Positions 13,501-25,759 of a stretch of DNA of 64,000 nucleotides are shown here, in pieces. Source of the stretch: Anaeramoeba ignava BMAN. Its lineage: Eukaryota; Protista; Anaeramoebae. A program made the translations under genes and the position numbers. The notes below the pieces were generated by a model. The model had not been told where the DNA came from. It did not search any database and saw only the letters and a list, made by a program, of their open reading frames with translations. The stretch is from assembly GCA_028826165.1 (NCBI GenBank), contig JAPDFW010000109.1:134388-198387 (forward strand), in the 5' to 3' direction. Each line of letters opens with the position of its first letter. Within the stretch, counting starts at the first letter, position 1.

Positions 13501-15202
13501 TCTAACAGGAGGAATATTAAGATTTTTTTGATTAAAATTTTGGATATAATCATCAATAATTAATTTAGTTTTTCCTTGATTAAAACTCAAAATTAAATCG
13601 ATTAATTTTTTTTCTTGAATTTTTTTAAGAGAAGAAGCAATTTTATTCCTAATAACAATAAGTTGAGAAATCTAAAAGAAAAAATAAAATTGATTTAAAT
13701 TAAATTGATTTAAATTAAATTTATTTGAATTAAATTGATTTGAATTAAAATTATTTGAATTAATTTTATTTGAATTAAATTATTTGAATTAAAATTATTT
13801 GAATTAAATTGATTTGAATTAAATTGATTAGTAAATTAAATTGATTTGAATTAAATTGATTTGAATTAAATTGATTTGAATTAAATTGATTTGAATTAAA
13901 TTGATTTAAATTTAAATTGATTTGAATTAAATTGATTTAAATTAAATTGATTTGAATTAAATTGATTTTGAATTAAAATTTTCGGATTTGAATTAAATTG
14001 ATTTTTATTTAAATTAAATTGATTTGAATTAAATTGATTTGAATTAAAATTGATTTGAATTAAATTTGGATTTGAATTAAATTGATTTGAATTAAATTTG
14101 AATTAAAATTGATTTGAATTTGATTTATTTGAATTAAATTATTTTTAAAATTGAATTATTTTGAATTAAAATTGATTTTTATTTTGAATTTAAATTGATT
14201 TTGATTTAAATGATTTGAATTTGATTTGAATTAAATTGATTTGAATTAAATTGATTTGAATTAAATTGATTTGAATTTGAAATTGAATTGATTTGAATTT
14301 GAATTAAAATTGATTTGAATTTTGATTTGAATTAAAATTGATTTGAATTTGAATTTATTTGAATTAAAATTATTTGAATTAAATTGATTTGAATTAAATT
14401 GATTTGAATTAAATTGATTTGAATTAAATTGATTTGAATTAAAATTTATTTAAATTAAAATTTATTTTAAATTAAATTGATTTGAATTAAATTGATTTGA
14501 ATTAAATTAAATTTATTTTTAAAATTTTAAAATTGATTTAAAATTGATTTAAAAATTATTTAAATTAAAATTGATTTGGAATTAAATTTTATTTAAATTA
14601 ATTTAAATTATTTAAATTGAATTAATTTGAATTAAAATTGATTTGAATTGAAATTTATTTGGATTAAATTGATTTGAATTAAATTGATTTGAATTAATTT
14701 TATTTGAATTAAATTGAATTAAAATTTTATTTGAATTACTTTTTTATCTTTCAAAAGATTTGGATCATCATTTTTTTTTGATAATTCAAGTAGTTCTCCT
14801 TCTAATCTTAAAATTTTTGCTTGAGTAAAAATAACATCACGATTTGTATTTAATTGTCTTAAAAATTCTTGAACATCAAATTTTTTTTCAACTTGATTCT
14901 TTTGGATTATTTGAATTTTTTGAACAACTCGATTTAAACGAAATTTTTCTTTTTCAATTTTTAATTCTATTATATCTTTTTTCAAATTATAAATTTGATC
15001 CTGATTTATTTTGAATTATTGATTAATTTCTAATTTATTAATCCAAAATTATTTTTTTTTTGATAGAATTCGTTTTTTTTTTTACTTTTTTTTTTTGTTT
15101 TTCAAGTTTTTTTAAATCATCTTTAAGTGATTCAATAATTGATTCTGAATTTCCTTTAAAAGCGAACAATGATTTGTATTCAACTTTTTCTTGTTGACTC
15201 AT
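10568..15202 (-). CDS. VPS9-domain (Rab5-family GEF) protein fused to an STB6-like domain; 7 exons, 704 aa
   Basis: Exons 15202-15086, 15000-14740, 13671-13501, 13159-12815, 12340-12243, 12174-11905, 11420-10568; all introns GT-AG and phase-consistent (2115 nt). VPS9 motifs: TPTDKL, GADDFVDVLNFVIIKA, ELGYYL. STB6-like motifs: GYQLYSIAEW...YHTGN, GNILISN...IPSGD, AVNDLVLELQVSL...DGVLND. Confidence 0.85.
11421..11904 (-). repeat. Intron filled with ~18-bp repeat (ttttaaaatgaatttaaa)n
   Basis: GT at 11904 and AG at 11422-11421; the interior is a degenerate tandem repeat. Confidence 0.85.
12341..12814 (-). repeat. Intron filled with 12-bp repeat (attttatattta)n
   Basis: GT-AG intron of the VPS9 gene; the interior is a tandem 12-mer. 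Confidence 0.85.
13160..13500 (-). repeat. Intron filled with (tgaattt)n-type 7-mer repeat
   Basis: GT-AG intron of the VPS9 gene. Confidence 0.85.
13672..14739 (-). repeat. 1068-bp intron filled with 15-bp repeat (ttgaattaaattgat)n
   Basis: GT-AG intron of the VPS9 gene. Confidence 0.85.
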
Positions 15203-15619
15203 TTTATTTTTGTTTAGAAAAAAATGAAAAAAAAATAAAAAAATAAAGAAGAAAAATTTCTATTTTGTTTTTTTTCTCCTTTTTAATTTAAATTTATTTA
15301 ATTAATTTATTAACTTTTGTTCCACTTTTTTTATAAATTTATTTATAATTTATTTAATTTATTAACTTTTGTTCCACTTTTTTTATAAATTTATTTATTC
15401 TATTCAATTTAAATTTATTTATTCTATTCAATTAATTTAAATTTATTTTCAATTTATTAACTTTTGTTCCACTTTTTTTATAAATTTATTTTATTCAATT
15501 AATTTAAATTTTTTTATAAATTTATTTCTTTTTTTATAAATTTATTTCTTTTTTTATAAATTTATTTCTTTCATATTATTTTATATTCTTTATAAAATTC
15601 GTTTATAATCTTATATTAA

Positions 15620-18507
15620 TTAAACTAAAATAAGAAGTGTTTTTTGAAGAAGTTTAATCCTTTTCTTAATTAAAATCCGTATTTCATTTAATTTCTCTTT
15701 TTCAGGAAATAATATCGAAACAAGTTCATGTTCATGTTTGATCTCAGATTCTAAAAAAATAAATAAAGATTGCTTGAGATTAATTAATTGAGGAACAGAA
15801 GAAACTCTTTGAAAAGCAACCATAATTGACTTTAGATCTGATGAAGATAAGATCAAAATAAAAAGCAATTTGAAAAAAACAATTCCTTTTTCTTTAAGTT
15901 GTGAAAAATCAACAACTTTCAAAATCACAAGTGATAGAGAATTCATTAAGATAAGATTAGCTAATAATTTTGCAGAGTTGATAACTCGTCGAATTTCTAA
16001 TTCATCAAGTTGCTTAAATTGATCCCAAAAAGAAAACTGGAAAGTTTGTTTGAAATTATGATCATATTCACATAATTTTGATGATAAATAAGCATAGTAA
16101 GGGTTATAACCTTTTTCTTGAGCACAACACTCAATAATAACACGAACAATCTCGCGTTCTTGTTTTCCTTTCAATCCCAATTTCACTAATTTTTCAAATG
16201 AATCCAAATAATCTTCGGATGTAACTACAACTGTAAAAATTGCTCTTCGAATATCTGTGTTCATTCTTTGGTTTTTCATAAGCAATTCCAAATCCTTTCC
16301 ATTCAAAGTTGTTTCTGAATTTTTAATATTTGGATTTAAATCTGAATTTTTAATATCTGAATTTTTAATATTTGAATTTGAATCTGAATTTGGATTTTGA
16401 TTTGATTCGTTTTTCCATGCTGTTCCTGTAATCCACCATCTTCCATTCGTTTTTGATTCCATAAAATCTTTATATGGAATACCCATTGGTTGGTCATATT
16501 TGGAAAAGTTTTGATTTTTTGTTTCAAGTGAAGAAATTGTTGATTTAATTGTTGATTGAAGCAATTTGATTTCTGCTTGTTCTGCGTAATTAAATTTGTT
16601 TTGTTTATTTTTAAGATCATAAATAGTATCAAGCATAAAATCAACGCGATGAGAAAAAATAGATTCATCTTCACTATCATTTTCACTATCATTTTCATTA
16701 TCATCTTTTTTATTGTCTTTTTCTTCATTCTTTTTCTCAATTACTTTCTGTTGAATACTTAAAACAATTTCTTTTAATGCTGTTGGATCTTCTCCTCTTA
16801 AATTTGGCCCACAACTTCGAATCAATGCAAGTAATAATTCAATATCAATTGGAGAAAATTTCTCAATCAAATTGCGAATAATATCATAAATCAATTTGCA
16901 ATCCATAATCCCGAAAATATACGAATTTGCAATTAATAACACTAAATTTTTTGCTGTTTTCTTTTCTTGTTCTTTCCATTTTTTATCAAATTTTCTGACA
17001 ATTTTCTCCAAAATAAAAGAGCTCACTTGAGTTCCCATTTGGGAGTGTAATATCGCAATTAAAGCTGCATATATTGCAATAAAATGACTTAACAAAGCAG
17101 AATTTATTCCAATTTGTGATAAAATTAAACTTGAAAGTGATCTATTAACATAATTTTTGGGATTTTCTTGATATAAACGAAGTATTTCTTGCGAAATTAA
17201 TTGTAAATTTGCATTTGTTAATTTGTTAAATGCTCTTCTTGTGAGTTTTAATACTTCTTCATATAATTCATCCTTCACAAATTTCTTAGATTTAGTGATA
17301 TTTGTTTGAATGTCTTGGTCTTGTTGATTTTGAGTCGAAAAATTATCTCCATAAATTTTGGATTTTTGAGTTGATTCAATTTCAATGAAAATTGGTTTCT
17401 TTTGTGAAATTTGTTTTGGAATTGGTATAACTTCTTCTTCGTTTTGAAATTTGACTGATTTAGTGATTTCCTTTTTCTTTTTCTTTTTCTTTTTCTTTTG
17501 TTTTTCTTTTGATTTTGATTTTGATTTTGATTTTGATTTTGATTTTGATTTTGATTTTGATTTTGATTTTCGTTTTCATTTTCATTTTCATTTTGAATTT
17601 GATTTTGATTTTGATTTTGATTTTTATTTTGAAAAACTGATAAATCTTTAAGAAGAAAATCAAGTCCATCTTTTTCTAATTCTTGCATAATTTTATCATC
17701 ATCATCATCATCTGTAAATCCAAGATTTTTTTCCATTTCTTGAATTACTTTTTCATCAGGATCAAATGAAATTAAATTTTGTTTATTTTGTTTATATTTT
17801 GGATTTTTACTTAAAATTCCTTTTGTTTGATTTTGATTTTTATTTTTGATTTTGATTTTGATTTTGATTTTGATTTTGATTTTGATTTTGATTTTGATTT
17901 TGATTTTGATTTTGATTTTGATTTTGATTTTGATTTTGATTTTGATTTTGATTTTGATTTTGATTTTGATTTTGATTTTGATTTTGATTTTGATTTTGAT
18001 TTTGATTTTTATTTTGAAAAACTGATAAATCTTTAAGAAGAAAATCAAGTCCATCTTTTTCTAATTCTTGCATAATTTTATCATCATCTCCATCTGTAAA
18101 TCCAAGATTTTTTTCCATTTCTTGAATTACTTTTTCATCAGGATCAAATGAAATTAAATTTTGTTTATTTTGTTTATATTTTGGGTTTTTACTTAAAATT
18201 CCTTTTGTTTGATTTTTATTTTGATTTTGATTTTGAGTTTGATTTTGATTTTGATTTTGATTTTCATTTTCAATTTGATTTTGATTTTGATTTTGATTTT
18301 GATTTTTATTTTTTTATTTTGATTTTTATTTTTGTTAATTTTTGATTTTGACTTTTTTGATTGATGATTTTGAAGCCAAATTTGATGTTTTCGTTTTTTT
18401 TTGGTTAATCTTTGATGTTTTCTTTGAAATTTTCTACTTTTTGTATTTGGTTTTTTTTTATTGAAATTTCTTGAAATTTTATTAAAATTTTTTTGATAAA
18501 AATTCAT
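15620..18507 (-). CDS. NOM1: Nucleolar MIF4G/MA3 domain protein NOM1/Sgd1 (N-terminus frameshifted and internally duplicated)
   Basis: MIF4G (FNKLTNANL...DIELLLALIRSCGPNLRGEDP), GRWWITGTAW, and MA3 (QRMNTDIRRAIF...SEDYLDSFEKL...QEREIVRVIIECCAQEKGYNPYY). Upstream frames carry EMEKNLG...DGLDFLL and a basic N-terminus from the ATG at 18507. Confidence 0.9.
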
Positions 18508-18584
18508 TAAATTTTATTTTTTTTTAATTATTTTTTTGAAAAAGAAAAAAATGAAAAAAAATGAAAATAAAAAAATTTTTTTTT

Positions 18585-19792
18585 TTAATTTTTCGTTTTA
18601 AATTCTTCATAAATTCTTAATAAAGATAAAATTTTTTGAGATAAATCAATTCTTTTAATTTCTAATTCTGTACATTCAGCTTTTAAACTTTCAAAATTTC
18701 TTTGAGAATCAGAAATTTGATAATTCATTTCTTTTGATAAATTTTGAGAATAATTTTGATATTCTTGAATTTTAATTTTTCTTTGATTTGTTAATAAAAA
18801 AATATCATTTTCAATTTCTTCAATTGATTTTTTTTGAAATTGATTTTGGTTTTGGAATTGATTTTGAAATTGATTTTGGTTTTGATTTTGAGATTGAAAT
18901 TGATTTTGATATTGATTTTCATTTTCATTTTCATTTTCATCTTCATCTTTCAATTCATTTTCGAATTCAATTTGATTTAAATTTTGAAATTGATTTTGAT
19001 TTTGAAATTGATTTTCATTTTCATTTTCATTTTCATTTTGATATTGATTTTGATTTTGAAATTGATTTTGAAATTGATTTTGGAATTGATTTTGAAATTG
19101 ATTTTGAAATTGATTTAAATTTTCATTTTCATTTTCATCTTCATTTTCATTTTCATTTTCATTTTGATATTCATTTTGAAATTGATTTTCATTTTGGAAT
19201 TGATTTAAATTTTGAAATTGATTTTGAAATTGATTTTGATTTTGAAATTCAATTGATTTAAATTTTGATATTGATTTAAATTTTGATATTGATTTAAATT
19301 TTGATTTTGATTTAAATTTTCATTTTGATATTGATTTAAATTTTCATTTTCATTTTCATTTTCATTTTCATCTTTCAATTCATTTTCAAATTCAATTTGA
19401 TTTAAATTTTGAAATTGATTTTCATTTTCATCTTCATTTTGATATTCATTTTGAAATTGATTTTCATTTTGGAATTGATTTACATTTTGAAATTGATTTT
19501 GAATTTGATTTTGAAATTGATTTTGAAATTGATTTTCATTTTGAAATTGATTTTGATTTAAATTTTGAAATTGATTTTGAAATTGATTTTGATTTTGGAA
19601 TTGATTTAAATTTTGAAATTCATTTTCATTTTGATATTGATTTTGTTTTAAATTTTGAAATTGATTTTGATTTTGAAATTGATTTTGATTTTGATTTTGA
19701 TTTTGATTTTGAAATTGATTTTCTTTTAAATTTTGAATTGGAGTTTGATTTGATTTGAGATTTGATTTAAGATTTGATTTAAATTTAAACAT
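18585..19792 (-). CDS. Hypothetical N/Q/E/F-rich low-complexity protein with a C-terminal coiled coil (frameshifted)
   Basis: ORFs 19205..19792 and 18585..18953 share NQFQNQ/ENENEN repeats; there is a unique ~80-aa helical C-terminus (SIEEIENDIF...IYEEFKTKN). Confidence 0.55.
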
Positions 19793-20042
19793 TTTAATTA
19801 TTTTTGGAAAGAAAAAAAATGATTTTAATTTATTGAAAATTTTTTTTTATTTTTTTTTTTGGTTTTATTTGATAAAAAATCAAAAATCAAAAATCAATTT
19901 GAAAACAAAATTTCTTTTTTTTGAGTAAAGAAAAAAAAATAACAAATCAAATCAATTCAAATCAAATCTGCAAATAAAATGAACTAAAATATTCCATTTT
20001 GAAATTAATTTTAATTTTGAGTAAAAAAGAAGAATAAAAATT

Positions 20043-20331
20043 TCAATCATCATCATAATCTTCATCATCTTCATCATCAGGAAAAATACTTTTATCTTTA
20101 TTTATACTTTTACTTTTATTTTTATCTTTATTTTTATCTTTATCTTTATCTTTATCTTTATCTTTATTTTTATCTTTATCTAAACTACTTTCATCACTAA
20201 AAGAAGAGTTTTGAAAATTTTTACGAATAAAATCTGAATCTTGTAAATCATCATTTTCATTAATGCTTTCATGTTTTTGATCTTTTTCTTTTTCTTTTTC
20301 ATTTTCATTATTATCATTATTATCATTATTA

Positions 20332-20369
<38 letters not shown>

Positions 20370-23300
20370 GTTATTGTTATTTTGATTCTTATTCTTTTTT
20401 TGATTCTTATTCTTTTCAAAATGCTATTTAATTAATTTAATAAAAAAAATATAAATTTTTAAATTGAAAAAAAAAAGGGTTTTTGTTTGAATTGAATTTA
20501 AATTGTTTTGAAAAAAAAAATACACTATTTAAGATATCAAAAACAACTTCAGATAAAGGAACATTAACACCTCCTCTATTATAATATTGGATTATTTGAG
20601 AAATTTCATCAAAATTTTGTTGAGAATTTCCAAATGATATTTTCTTTTGTAAATGTTCTTTTGATTTTTTCATAAGTGATTTTTTCATAAGTGATTTTTT
20701 CATAAGTGATTTTTTCAGAATTGATTTTTTCATTTGCGAATCTTTTGATAAAATAATTGAATTTGAATTTTTATCATAATCCTGAATACTAATTTTGCCC
20801 TTTTGATTAGTAAGACCTAAATTTTGGAATAAAAGAAGAACTCCAGTTGATTCATTTGGAATCCATTTTGGATGATTTGCTTTGAAATTAACAATTGCTT
20901 TTTCAAGTTTCCCGTCAGGCGGTGCTAAATCAATTTGGGAACCATGTTGAGGCGCTCCATAAAGAGCATTTCCATGTAAAGTTAAGTCGAAAAGTGACCA
21001 AGAACAAACTTCACCAAGTTTTGGGTCAAAAGTGGTAATTTTTTGAAATTTCGATAAGAAATGTTCTGCTTGATCTGGAAAATACCAAATAAAAAAAACA
21101 GGCGCATAAAAAGCTGATAAAATTTCCCAAAACAAGGACAAGACAGTTGGAACAAATAGAGATTCAAGTTCGTTTTTGACTTCTGGTGTGTGCTCTTTAT
21201 TTCTCCATGCTTCCGGTCGATAATGTGTGTAAGTTGTTACTTTTTGCATTGCCTTAAGTGGATCGTATACTGTTGTGCTATTTGGAACCATTTGTTGTGA
21301 TACTGAATATATTATTGTTAATATTCCAATAAACCATGCTAAACTTTTATCTCCAAAAATATTGATTTCGAGCAAGAATTCAATATCAAAAAGAATACTA
21401 AGAATTGCGAAGATGATTAAAACTGATCCTGTAATAAAAACGATAAGTCTATTCAAAAAGATTTTATTAATTAATTAATTAATTAATATTTTTTTTTTTT
21501 TGGAAATTGATTTGAAATTTATTTCCATTTCATGTATTTTCAATTTTTGTTGTAATTTTTTTATTTTTGATTTTTTATTTTTTAACATGAAATTTTCTTT
21601 AATTTACTTTGCTATTGGAACTATAGTTGGTTGTGGGAATTGTTTTAAATAATTATCAGTTGGTTCATATGATAATCTAAGTCTTTTTTCGAAAATATGA
21701 GGAAGCTCATTTGGTTCTCTAATTTTCCATTTAGCTTGAGGAGACCATTGTCGAAAAAATAAAGCAGAAACATTTGAGCGAATCTAAATTAAAAGAGAAG
21801 TATTTTTTTTTAAATTATTGAAAAATTATTTTTTTTTATAAATTACTTCTTGTCCATATTTTAAAAACCAATAAATGAACATAAAAAAAGCAACAAAAGG
21901 AGAAATGATTAAAAAAATTATTCCATAATATTTAGAACGTTTTTGGATCCTAAAGAATTGATTGAAAAAAGATTTCAAAATGAATTTTAATTTCAAATTT
22001 TAATTTTAAATTTTTTACGTTTGAAGTTTTAATTTTCCATTAAGATAAACCCTTTTAACTGAACCATAATAATCAAATAAAGGATCAAAAGCAATTAAAT
22101 TTTGTAAGTATTCAAATGTTCTTGTTAAAGGAAAACGAAATTGAAATAATTTTTTATCATTCAATAAAACAATTTTATAATTATCTTTTTTCATAATTTT
22201 AGAAGCAATTGTTAATTCATCAATTTGACTCTGAAAAATGATTTTCTTTTGATAATTTATTAATTCTGTTACGACTTCTTGCCAATAAATTGTTTTTAAT
22301 TTATCCTAATTTAATTTATTTTTATTTTAATTTAATATTTTGATTTAATTTGATTTAATATTTTGATTTAATTTGATTTAATATTTTAATTTAATATTTT
22401 GATTTAATATTTTGATTTAATTTAATTTATTATTTTGATTTAATATTTATTTTGATTTATTATTTTGATTTAATATTTTAATTTATTTTGATTTAATATT
22501 TTGATTTAATATTTTAATTTATTTTGATGTATTATTTTAATTTATTTTGATGTATTATTTTGATTTATTTTGATTTAATTTGATTTAATATTTTGATTTA
22601 ATATTTTAATTTAATATTTTGATTTAATATTTTGATTTAATATTTTGATTTAATATTTTAATTTATTTTGATTTATTTTGATTTATTTTGATTTAATATT
22701 TATTTTGATTTAATATTTTGATTTAATATTTTGATTTAATATTTTAATTTATTTTGATTTAATTTATTATTTTGATTTAATATTTATTTTGATTTATTAT
22801 TTTGATTTAATATTTTTAATTTATTTTGATTTAATATTTTGATTTAATATTTTAATTTATTTTGATGTATTATTTTAATTTATTTTGATGTATTATTTTG
22901 ATTTATTTTGATTTAATTTGATTTAATATTTTGATTTAATATTTTAATTTAATATTTTGATTTATTTTGATGTATTATTTTGATTTAATTTGATTTATTT
23001 TGATTTAATATTTTGATTTAATATTTTAATTTAATATTTTGATTTAATATTTTGATTTAATATTTTAATTTAATATTTTGATTTATTATTTTGATTTAAT
23101 ATTTTGATTTATTTTGATTTATTTTGATTTAATATTTATTTTGATTTAATATTTATTTTGATTTAATATTTTAATTTATTTTGATTTATTTTGATTTATT
23201 TTGATTTAATATTTTGATTTATTTTGATTTATTTTGATTTAATATTTTAATTTAATATTTTTAATTTAATATTTTAATTTATTTTGATGTATTATTTTGA

Positions 23301-25636
23301 TTTAATTTGATTTAATTTGATTTAATATTTTTGATTTAATATTTTAATTTAATATTTTGATTTATTTTGATATTTTGATTTAATATTTTGATTTAATTTA
23401 ATATTTTAATTTAATATTTTGATTTATTATTTTTAATTTATTATTTTATTTTGATTTAATATTTTGATTTATTTTGATATTTTGATTTATTATTTTGATT
23501 TATTTTGATTTATTATTTTAATTTAATATTTTGATTTAATATTTTAATTTAATATTTTGATTTAATTTGATTTAATTTATTTTGATTTATTTTGATTTAA
23601 TATTTTGATTTAATATTTTTAATTTATTATTTTGATTTAATATTTTGATTTAATATTTTGATTTAATATTTTGATTTAATATTTTGATTTAATATTTTAA
23701 TTTAATATTTTGATTTAATATTTTAATTTATTTTGATTTAATATTTTGATTTAATATTTTGATTTAATATTTTGATTTAATATTTTAATTTATTATTTTA
23801 ATTTAATATTTTGATTTAATATTTTGATTTAATATTTTGATTTAATATTTTTAATTTAATATTTTTGATTTAATATTTTATTTTTATTTTGATTTAATAT
23901 TTTGATTTAATATTTTGATTTAATATTTTGATTTAATATTTTGATTTAATATTTTGATTTAATATTTTGATTTAATATTTTAATTTATTTTGATTTATTT
24001 TAATTTATTATTTTGATTTATTTTGATTTATTTTGATTTAATATTTTGATTTAATATTTTAATTTATTTTGATTTAATATTTTGATTTTATTTTGATTTA
24101 TTTTGATTTAATATTTATTTTGATTTAATATTTTAATTTATTTTGATTTATTTTGATTTATTTTTGATTTATTTTGATTTAATATTTTGATTTATTTTGA
24201 TTTAATATTTTGATTTATTATTTATTTTGATTTAATATTTTGATTTATTTTGATTTAATATTTTGATTTAATATTTTAATTTAATATTTTAATTTAATAT
24301 TTTAATTTAATATTTGATTTATTTTGATTTAATATTTTGATTTATTTTGATTTAATATTTTGATTTATTATTTTGATTTATTATTTTGATTTATTATTTT
24401 AATTTATTTTGATTTAATATTTTGATTTAATATTTTGATTTAATATTTTGATTTAATATTTTGATTTAATATTTATTTTGATTTAATATTTTAATTTATT
24501 TTGATTTAATATTTTGATTTAATATTTATTTTGATTTAATATTTTGATTTATTTTGATTTATTTTGATTTAATATTTATTTTGATTTAATATTTTAATTT
24601 ATTTTGATTTATTTTGATTTATTTGATTTATTTTGATTTAATATTTTGATTTATTTTGATTTAATATTTTGATTTATTATTTTGATTTATTTTGATTTAA
24701 TATTTTGATTTATTTTGATTTAATTTGATTTAATATTTTTATGTATTATTTTATTTTATTTGGTAAAAATAAAAACCTCTGTAATATGAAGACTGTTGTT
24801 ATAAAATTTCTTCATTTTATATAAAGAAGGAATAGAAATAAAAAATGTAACCAATTTAAAAATAAAAAGAATTGCAACTCCAAGTAAAAAAATCAATAAA
24901 AATAAAGAAAGACTATCCAAAAAAATAAATTAAATTAAATTAAATTAAAATAAATTAAAATAAAATAAATTAAAATAAATTAAAATAAAATGAATTAAAT
25001 AAAATAAAATAAATTAAATTAAATTAAATTAAAATAAATAAAATAAAATGAATTAAATAAAATAAAATTTTCAATTTGATTTTCAATTTGATATTCAATT
25101 TGAATAGGCTTTTAAATTTTAAATAGACAAACTTTCTAACAGCTTCTTTAAAAGGTCTCATTGCAGAATTAAATTCTTGGTTATGAACTTTTTTCCAATC
25201 AATGGATGCGCCAAAAAAGAAAACAAAAACTAATAAAAATAGAAAGTTTCTGAAAAAGGAAATTAATTAGAATCACAATTTAAAATTTTCTCAAAATGAT
25301 TTGCTTACAAACAATCAATGAACTTTGCAATAATTGTTCTTGTAAATCCTTGATAATAAAAATAATCATAAATGTAAAGAATTGTCAAGAAAAACAAAAA
25401 AAACAAAAAAAGAAATGAATAAAAAAAGAATGAGAAAATTTTTCATATATAAAAAGTTATATTGATTTTTTAAAGGATATTTTATAATAGAGGTTTTTGC
25501 TAAAGATGTGTGAATCAGTTTCTGTTGAAAAGTCGAAATTCGGAATTTTTTGTATTAAATCGCTATCATTTAAACTTGAATCATCTTTTGATTTATGATC
25601 AAGATTTGGTTCAAAATCTTGTAATTCAAAATCCAT
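20043..25636 (-). CDS. ATG9: Autophagy protein ATG9 (lipid scramblase); 9 exons, 781 aa
   Basis: Exons 25636-25481, 25373-25309, 25249-25133, 24912-24777, 22305-22019, 21949-21847, 21783-21608, 21448-20524, 20423-20043 (2346 nt, phase-consistent). Motifs: IYDYFYYQGF, WQEVV, IMKKDNY, RQWSPQAKWKIREPNELPHIFEKRL, THYRPEAW, GEVCSWSLFD...HGN, DGKLEKAIVNFKANHPKW. Confidence 0.95.
22306..24776 (-). repeat. 2471-bp ATG9 intron filled with (attttgatttaat)n 13-mer and 9-mer variants
   Basis: GT at 24776 and AG at 22307-22306; the interior is almost entirely tandem repeat. Confidence 0.9.
25374..25480 (-). other. U12-type (minor spliceosome) AT-AC intron, ATG9 intron 1
   Basis: 5' splice site ATATCCTTT; branch-point-like TTTCTTGAC with its A ~11 nt from the terminal AC. 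Splicing joins NLYYK|IYDYFYYQGF in frame; unspliced, exon 1 runs into TAA. Confidence 0.9.
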
Positions 25637-25759
25637 TTAAAAGAAAAAGAATAAAAAGGAAAAAAAAAATGAAAGAAAAAAAATGAAAAAATTAAATTAA
25701 AAAATTAAATTGAGAAAAATTTTTTTTTCATTTTTTTCTTCTTTTTTTTTTTTTTAATT

